Shown in pieces: positions 55,294-64,000 of a stretch of 64,000 nt of DNA (position 1 is the stretch's first letter; each line of letters begins with the position of its first letter). Origin of the DNA: Ramazzottius varieornatus (lineage: Eukaryota; Animalia; Tardigrada); assembly GCA_001949185.1 (NCBI GenBank), contig BDGG01000004.1, positions 2,605,086-2,669,085 on the forward strand, in the 5' to 3' direction. Under the pieces are notes generated by a model. It worked only from the letters and a program-made list of their open reading frames with translations. It was not told the DNA's origin and did no database searches. The translations under genes were made by a program, and so were the position numbers.

Positions 55294-57125
55294 ATGGACC
55301 CGGATTTCGAGTATCAGCTCCAGTGCGAGGCCGAAGCCAAGCGACAGGAAGTAGCAACTGGATCTACTGCATCGTCTTTAGCAGCGGCGTCCGGAACGTA
55401 CGTTGATCCTCAGGACGGAACGGTCTACGAATGGGATGGAACCAGAAGAGCGTGGTTCCCTAAGGTAGCTAGACGGTTTGTCTGTACTACAGGATTATGA
55501 AGATGACAAGAGTGTTCCTTCATAATTTAACTCATTTCGCTTTTGTAGGTGGATGACAACTTCTTGGCGGTCTACCAGGCATCGTATGGTCTGAACCCCC
55601 TAGTACCTTCCACAGATCAACCGGTGCCAAGCAAAAGTGAAGGAAGTTTTGTAACGCAAGATGCGCAGCCACCTCGGGACAAAGTGCGTGAACACTTCGA
55701 CGAATTCGACGACGATGAGCAGAAGCAACATCCAGCGAGTTCATCTAGAGATAAGAAGAAGCAGAAGACGGCCACTCCGGAAGATACTAAAGATCCTACG
55801 GCAAAGGGACAGGAGAAGAAGAAAGCAGCGGAGCCTCCAGGTACGTACACAATTACCATTCTTCCTTTGAATCATCAACCTGAGTACCCGCTCATTAGCG
55901 AGCCTCCAGTGGTGGTGTACGTAGGTTGACGAGATAGGGCTAGTGAGACTACAGGTACGCGTCTGATGAAATGTTTTCTTGGTTTTCCAGCTTGGTTTGA
56001 TGTCGATGACGAGCATAACCGGAACGTTTACGTTAGCAATTTGCCCGTGAGCACCACGGAGGAAGAGTTTGTCGAGCTGATGCAGAAATGCGGCATTATA
56101 GCACCAGATCCCCGACGCAACAACAAGCCGAAGATCAAGATGTACAAAGACAAAGATGGGAATTTCAAGGGAGATGCGCTCTGTACATACATGAAGGTAG
56201 GATTAATCTAACTAGCTAGACTTTTGCTAACCAGTCTGTTCACGACACTGACCGGTTTTGTTGTAGATCGAATCCATCCCATTAGCCCTTCAGATTCTGG
56301 ATGGATACGAATTTAACCGCCACAAAATTAAGGTCGAGATAGCCAAATTCAATGTCAAGGGACAGTTCGATGCCGAGAAGGCAAAAGCTGGACGACTGAA
56401 AAAAAACGAGAAGAAAAGGCTGGAGAAAGCTGAAACGAAGTAAGTAACTGCATTGTGAGTTCGAAGAGTTTGCTTCCTTCAAACTTATCCTTCCAAAAAC
56501 AAACTCATTAGTTACCTTCAGCAAATTTCTCTGTTTTCGACGAGCTGTAATCTTGGTTGTTCGTTACTTAGGATGCTGGACTGGAGGCCAGACAAGCTGC
56601 CTGGCGGTCGTCCGAAAAACGAGAAAACTGTGGTCATTTCCAACATGTTTGATCCAAAAGAGTTCGAGGTACGTCTGGACGAAACCAGAATCAGTAACCG
56701 AGTGTTCTGATTTTTCCTTACTTGCAGAGTGAACCCGAACTAATTCTCGAGTTCAAACAGGATCTCCAGCCGGAATGCGAGAAGTTTGGAGAAGTCAAGA
56801 AAATCACGCTCTATGATGTAATAAGTGGCTAATTTTCGTAGAAGCTTTTTTCAGCGCAACTATCAACACCTCGCCGCGAAACTGTTCGTAATTCTTTGCA
56901 TTGTTGCAGAGACACTCGGAAGGTGTTGTCACCATAGCGTTTTCGGACTTCGACGCCGCTGACAGCTGTGTACGCCGTATGCACGGAAGGTTCTTCGCGG
57001 GAAAGCAACTGAGCGCCACCTTGTGGGATGGGAAAACTAAGTACAGAGTGGAAGAAACGGAAGAGGAGAAAGAAAAGCGCCTGGAACAATGGGATAAATT
57101 CATTGCGTCTAAAACAAATACGTGA
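55294..57125 (+). CDS. HTATSF1: HIV Tat-specific factor 1 / Cus2 homolog (U2 snRNP), multi-exon
   Basis: YVDPQDGTVYEWD..RAWFPK, DDNFLAVYQASYG, NVYVSNLP, KGDALCTY, LDWRPDKL, UHM VVISNMF..ECEKFG, HGRFFAGKQL..WDGKT. Confidence 0.95.
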
Positions 57126-60100
57126 CCAGCAAATTCTTGGTGTCTGTAAGTGCATATATTGAGGGGTTTTTTTCCACCGTTACTCTTGGATTCCGTAATC
57201 CGGGAATTTCGAAAATACTGTGAAGATTCCATGCTCCATTGAGTTCACATCAAATCGAGTTTCTTCTGTTTTGGTCCGCAGCTGCCGGATTTCCGATGGA
57301 ACTCGTGAGGACCTCAGATATTTTCAGCCTCACGTGATAGTCTTGTTGTTACTTAGATCACAGTACGATATGCGCGAATGAAAATGCCTCTTTTTGAAAG
57401 CGGCATCTTTGCTGCTTGGGAGTTATAGGCAAGTCATAAGCGCCAACCAGAACACTTTACTGGTATGGGTACGTATGGTCACGTTTCGCGATTGACCTTA
57501 TGGTTTCGAGGATCACTTTACAGCTGTCTTGTCAGTGAGAAGATTAGAAGCAACAAGTGCTCAAGTCCACATGAAAGGACAGCTGAACACGCAACTCGTG
57601 TTGACTCTATCGATATATGTTTGTTTTTCTTTCATCTTCCTACCAAGCGACCTCACTGAAATTCTGTCGGAAGCCTTTAAGTGGTGTATCCAATGAAGCG
57701 AGTATCAGCGAAACTCCCGTCGGCTTCACGCGGGTGCATATAATTGAGGCTCCTTAGGTCCGCTGATCTACTTCAAAGTTCTGAGCTTAGGACCAGTTGC
57801 CGTGTCCTTAAGAAAGTGCAATGTTTTCACATACCGAAGTGGAATTCAGGGCTAGTTCCATCATTTGTCCGTCTAGGGTACACTTCCTTAGGACCAGTCA
57901 TGTAGACTTCCTTTTCTAAGAAGATGATTTACGATTGTCTGGGTTGTGTTTCTTTTTATTATTCAACAGGTTTTGTGGTCCATGTGGTTGCGTCAAAGTT
58001 ACCATATGCGAGCACTGACAGGGGCGGTTTAATAAGACGAACTTTCGCTTCATTGAGAGAATCTTCTTCTTCCTACAGTACGTATCTCATGGTCTTTATT
58101 TTATGAAATGTCGGACACGCTCCGAAGGACATGTGTGAAGTTGATCAGTGTGGAATTTGGCATGATATATTGCGTAGGCATGCGGCATCCGACAATTAGA
58201 GCGAATGGTCAGTCTTGGAATGGAACGACCAGTGAACAGAAGTCGGTAATGGTCTGCGCATCATCATCTGCTCGTTCATGTGAAGATACCCCAATGACGT
58301 ATGCATAACATCAAAACAGAATTTCAGTCTTTCGAGCTCTCAACACTACAGCAGACTTTGCTGTAGGTCGAAGATATACTGCGCGACTTTTTCCGGCTTA
58401 CGGTTTTTCGGACTTCCGGCTTGTGAGAAAAGGGAAGCCTGCAAACAACCTCGGATGGTCGTTGTCATAAGTGGCGCAATTTTCTAGCCAATAACACGAG
58501 AGATTGCGCCACTTGACTGACGATTCTCCCGAGGTTGTTTGATGGCTTTTCCAATGTCATACGATGTATGTCTCTTGCCGTATATGACCAGTGAAGGTGT
58601 GCGCGCGTTGAAATCACAACCACATTCCATTTTACGGACAATGAAAGCAGGGGAGTTTGCATTTGTTTAATCAGTTACTTGTTCATTGAATTATAAACTG
58701 TTTGATGAACACAGGCAAATATGTGATCGCTGAAGAGGCCATTTCGTGCGGCATCAGCCGTCCGGCCAGTTTTAAGCGGGTTAGATAAATATGAGCAGGC
58801 CTGTTGATTTCCTTGGTATGTGGTCCGGGTGTTCTTCAGGTGAAATGGCTCGCTCATGACAATACCATCCGCTAAAATGGCGACACGCTGCTTTGTTACA
58901 CTTTGTGGCGTCCAGTCGCCATTGTCAGCTGGTAACTTCCTTTGTCACAACCAGAATAACTACGTATTGCTCTTAAGATCCACACTGATGTTTATGACAA
59001 TTAACGCCCAAGTCAAATGTCCTGACCTCATTTGCCAGGCCGCTTGATTGGATTAACCAGGTGCTGAACCCTTTCTTTGATCTCGGACTTTAGGTTGTCA
59101 TCAGTGCGGTAGCGCATAGCTGTGAGCCTGTGAGGCTCATTCAGACGCATCCCTTCACCAGTTCCTTGTCCAACGAAATCTGTGAAGGGTTGTTGAAACA
59201 CTGAATGCATCAAGAAGAAAAACGAGACATGAAAGGAAAAGCAGGAACCCTTCGTGGCTTCTGATTAGACCAAGACCACATCACTGAGCTTCACTTGAAA
59301 CTTTCCCAGCTGGCAGCTTTCTTCGTGACTGGTTATGTGGTCCGCGCAGAAGTTCGTCTGTGTCTAGCTGTCGTATAACTTGTAACGGTTCTTTACGGAG
59401 CGTAAGCAAAGATCGTCACATCTGGTGTTATGACAGCCGCCCGTAGTCTTGCTACCACTAATATCTCACGGTTGGTTTCTCAATGGCATTATGTGCTGCG
59501 GAGCGGTTGTATTTTTACACGTTGATCAAAAGATCGTTATGGATGGAATGCCGAACAGTGCCGGCAACAAATAATGCTGTTCTACAAAGGAATTTGCCAG
59601 CTAGTTTTGCACTGAACAAATGTGTCAAAAGTCAGTTTGGATTGTTCATTTGCAGATACTTCCTGCTCAAACAAACTGAGCAATGGCTGTTCGACTGAGC
59701 ACACGTCGATGCATATTCGCTGTCAACCTTTCTACCCATGCAACACACGTCATTGGGTTCTTCGAAGGTTCTTCGCGAACGGCCATTTGAATAATGAGCT
59801 GGAGCAGCATAAGGTCAGACATCATCGCTCATGCCGGCTTCTCAGGAATAATTAGATTTCAGCCAGCTTACTTAATTAGGGACAAGTCATAACTGTAAAG
59901 TTTGAGAAGGAGCAGAGCCACGCCCATTGGTGAGAGCGTGATATTAGTTCAGGGCGACCGGATGTCACACAGAGCGGTACATTTGTCCACGGCTTGATAT
60001 TATACACTGTTTCAAAATTGAGTCAAATTTGGTCGTGTCTTCTCCTCTGTATCTTTTGCGCGCTACTCTCCTTCCATCTCCACTTCCATTACGCTTGTTG

Positions 60101-60238
60101 TCGTATAGTTCAACTGTAAGGCCAGCGATCAAGTTGCGCGCCTCTCATTACTAACTTTCCAAATTTACATTCGCCACTTCCGTCTTATAACTAGCACGTT
60201 ATTCGGTAAACTTAATGACATTGGCCAAGCAGGAAAGG

Positions 60239-62880
60239 ATGAGCTGTGCCGAACTAATGTATCAAACAGGACTCGGCTCGTGTTTCCCACCCTTTGCGTC
60301 CACCAGTTATCCCTCCACCTATGCGCACCAGGCCTATCCAGCAGCCGCCGCGGGAGCGGTATCCAGTCTGTCGCCGTCGACTTTCGGCAATGACTTCTCC
60401 ACGACAAAGGTAAAGTTTTTGAACGACGGAAAAGTCTTAGTAAGGTCGAGAATTTGCGGAAGTACATTCTTTTGGAAATATCAGCACTAATAACGTGTTG
60501 AAGATTTTGTGGAATTTCTCGACCTTAGTATGGACTTAACAGTAGAGAATGTGAAACTGATCGCATTTGTGGCATTCCGCAATGCAAACTTGCCGAGTTC
60601 CTGTGTGAAGTCCAACATATCCGCGCGCATTATTGAGCGACCCTTTGATCGCGTTCTTCGCAGTCTCGAAAGAATGATTTACTGATGATATTCTACGCGA
60701 AGAATGCGCTTCTGTTTGTTGCATTTACGGATGTCGTCTCTGTAGTCCCCAGCTTGACATTAAACCACCACATTTTTTCCCTGCTTCGAGCCGCAGTCTG
60801 ATTTTTCTGAGCATACGAACCTTCTCTCGAACTACGTGCGTCACTTGATCCAAACATCAGCATCGACTGTCCTTTCATTCCGATTGGGGTTTTGCTTTTA
60901 TAGAAATATGGACTGTCGACCCTTTACCCTGACCGAAGCCTCGGTTCCGCCGTTAGTACCGGTACAAGTGCCCGGCTTGGACACGAAGCTGCTGCTGCTC
61001 CGTCTTCTCGATCCACCGTCCAGAATATCAATGCTTCCGTGAGCAACGCGTATTCGCGGGTGGGATCTTGCTCCAATGATTCTGTCAGCAGCTTTGGACG
61101 CTCCACTAATTCGCTGAAGCACGCGCAAACGACTGCCGAAGAAGAACGACCTTATGACATCAAATACGAGACACCGACATCGTGCTTGCTCATTTACTAC
61201 AGCGGAGATGCGGCGACCGCCGTGGAGGACCACTTCAGTCGCGCACTGAACACCCCCACCTTCGAGAACAGTGAGTTGAAAATACAATATTCTGTTTGAA
61301 TTTGCGAAAGGTAATCAAGATGAAAATTCAACTCGAGAGATATCACACGAAGGAAAATCACATAATTTTGCAGCGCCCTGTGTTTGTATATGTGGGCGTA
61401 GACTTAAAGGTCACCTTTCAAGGTTATCTTAATTAGCGTGCGGCGTCGCGTTGTGGCTATCGTCAGCGCGTATCAGATGGAAATCAACTGTATCGATTGA
61501 CTTTGGAACATCGGTGAATTTGGCGTCGCGATCCAGATTAGATCGTGAACTCGTCGACATGATCAGCAATAGAAAGCCATTTGGCGGTCCCATCTCCGTG
61601 AGAAGATTGACTTTGACGATACAGTTTTGATTTGAATGTTGCTGAACATCGAAATGGACACTGGCGTAAACGTACTACTTTCTGCTTTGATTCCCTAACT
61701 TCCCTTTGGTCATGACAAATGACAAGTCTGGACGACAGATTCTATCAGCGAGCAGTAATTACTGTGCAAGTGTGAAGAGTTTGCAGTGTTGACACGTTCA
61801 TCATCTCGACGAAAACCATTGCGGATATGCTCAAACACAGCCGCTTGACTCGAGACTTGTTGATGAATGACGTGCCGCGCCTAGATCCGGACTGTCTGTA
61901 TTCCGATACTCCACAAGTGTGTATCCATACATATTACTGACTTTACATCTCGAAGATCGAGAAGAGACTACTGCTGCTGCTGCAACGAAGACAGCGAAGA
62001 ATTTTCTGAGATGTATTTCGGGATGTTGCATATCGATTACACTGGCGTTTGACGATGTGGCTTACTCTTGCTAAACTTTCAAACTGATGTTATTCTAGCC
62101 TACAAACAGCCTAATTGCTTGCCCAGCAGTACCAAAACCACCATACATGAAATTTCAAACGAGAACTGGAACGACGAACCTAGCTGGCGAAGGAGGGATG
62201 TAAATTCCCATAAGAACTGTAAAGAAATTTAGTTTTGTTTATTTCGAATAAGATATGTACTGTACTCGTTGTTGCAGGCAGTACTCCGTTGCGCAGCAGA
62301 AATTTACCGGCGTCATTCTTTGACAGCAGTCCAACCATCCATCAACCGCAGAATCAACAATACACATGTCCCGGAAGTTACACCATGCCATATCATCACA
62401 GTTACTCTTCGACAACCAACACTTATAATTACGGGGATTCGTACTACTCCTCGTCCTTTCCCACATCGTTCCATCAGGGTGCTACTGATTCATGGCATTA
62501 TGCCTTCAATACAGCATCGGCGGCCGCTCATCGGACTGCCGCCATGCAGATGGCTGCCGACTTTACGGCAGCTAACCGGTTTAGCTCGTCTTATAACTCT
62601 CTGTTATTCCCACCTTCATCAACCATACGATCCTCTCGTCTGGATAACCCCGTTGGTCAGTGCAAGAACGAGTCGCCGTGGACTTCGGCGACCCACTCTG
62701 TGTTTGGTACGGAAGTACCACACTATGGTTCCATAAGCTCTACAGGTGGGAACCCTTATACCTTGATATCCATTTTGAAGCAAAATGTATAGTTTCTTGT
62801 TCCCTTTAGATTACGATCCAACATTCTCTGCAAAGACCGCACATCTTCAGACCGCAAAAGATTCTTACTGGCACGTTTGA
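60239..62880 (+). CDS. vg: Vestigial/VGLL transcriptional co-activator, 4 coding exons
   Basis: MSCAELMYQ N-terminus; TDU motif CLLIYYSGDAATAVEDHFSRAL; PLRSRNLPASFF; C-terminal KDSYW. Confidence 0.9.
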
Positions 62881-64000
62881 GTCTGATGGGGATTCTGAAA
62901 CATGGACTTCCGTGTTCATTAGAGAGAACAGATTCGTCCGGCGCTCCCCACTGTTTTTTAGCTTATTCGGCTTTGGTTTCTCGGTTTAGCTAATTTGGTA
63001 ATGGAAACGTGTTATTTTCTCCATTTTTTCTGTATGTTTCTTCGAGTTTGCTACTCAAGGATCTGGATCAGTCGTTTGGAAATTGTTTTGTAGAGTTGCG
63101 ACGTACTTATCACTTTTTTCCTATGGATCAGGAACAAAGACATCTAGACAAATTTTGGGTTAGCTATTTTAATGGAGTCCGTTCGTTTCACAGGAACTGA
63201 AAATCTCCCAATCAAAGCGGTCACTGGCTATGCAATTTTGTGGGCTTTGATATAGGTGCCTCATCCTTCTTCATTGTCGTGCATATTTGCTACGCGGTTC
63301 GTGGTTGCCGTACTTCCTATTGTACTCCAGTGTTAATTTCGTTTCCCGAAAAATTCAAAAATCTACAATCAAACGAAAAGACTTCGATGATCTACTTCAC
63401 CAGATCCGACAGGCAAACTAAACTTAGATGATTCGTAAGTGTCAGACAGCGTTGGAGGGTTCCTGAAAGACCCGAAAAGACGGACGAAAGAATGTACCAA
63501 AGGATGCATTGTTGCCGCTACACTGCCCCCGCCTGACGGAAATCCGTTTTTGTTGTTTGTTTGTTTTTGAGCGATTGATTTGAAGTCTGATTGATTGAGA
63601 ACTCGTCAGAGCATCGACTTTTGCAGCATATCTTACTGCAGATTCTAGACTGCGGTTCCACTATCGGTTGATGTCCAGCGTATTTGGTCTCACAGCCCGG
63701 CTCGTCAGTCTTTCAACCATGGACCACAGTAAATAACGTCCGGGTCTGGCAGCCCAAATTGGCGGAGTGGGCGTAACAGTAACTGACACCACGCCTCCTT
63801 ACCGAATTGACCGTATTGTCCTTATTTCCCACTGCGAAATCTACCAAAAAGCTACCAGAAACTTAAATGGTCGCAAGACCACTTCGAAGTTTTGTGGATC
63901 CTTCTGGATATAATCAGCAGGCGCGATAGCAGACAGAGTTCACTAAGAGTTCACTCAGTGCACCGCTTATTCAAAATGGCCGCAAGACATTCAACTGCTG

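Noticed and set aside
57200-60200. Short ORFs between HTATSF1 and vg
   Set aside because: No motifs or consistent splice structure; likely the vg upstream regulatory region.

Overview
Gene-dense, short-intron animal (ecdysozoan) genomic DNA. The compactness and neuropeptide repertoire suggest a tardigrade-like genome, but that is inference. Gene order: DUSP8/16-like MAPK phosphatase (5'-truncated), RBM28-like, DDX5/17 helicase (hosts two U14 snoRNAs and a third C/D candidate), YBEY, PIWI, MRPL23, ATAD3, four tandem synaptobrevin/VAMP paralogs, three neuropeptide precursors (DH31-like, CCRFamide-like, calcitonin-like), SPCS3, fatty acyl-CoA reductase, single-minded, tRNA-Met, NONO/SFPQ-family gene, a 3.26-kb TIR element, HTATSF1 and vestigial-like. 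Most notable: (1) a TIR-bounded element (GAG...CTC ends, TATA flanks) enclosing a variant U6 snRNA fused directly to a 5'-truncated LINE with an extra RGG-rich downstream ORF; (2) a His-rich VAMP paralog with no transmembrane anchor, a candidate soluble decoy R-SNARE; (3) DH31 and calcitonin genes linked within about 3.4 kb in a secretion-themed neighbourhood; (4) DDX5 with a presequence-like in-frame N-terminal extension, intronic U14s and a long motif-V intron. Exon boundaries were read by eye and no searches were run.
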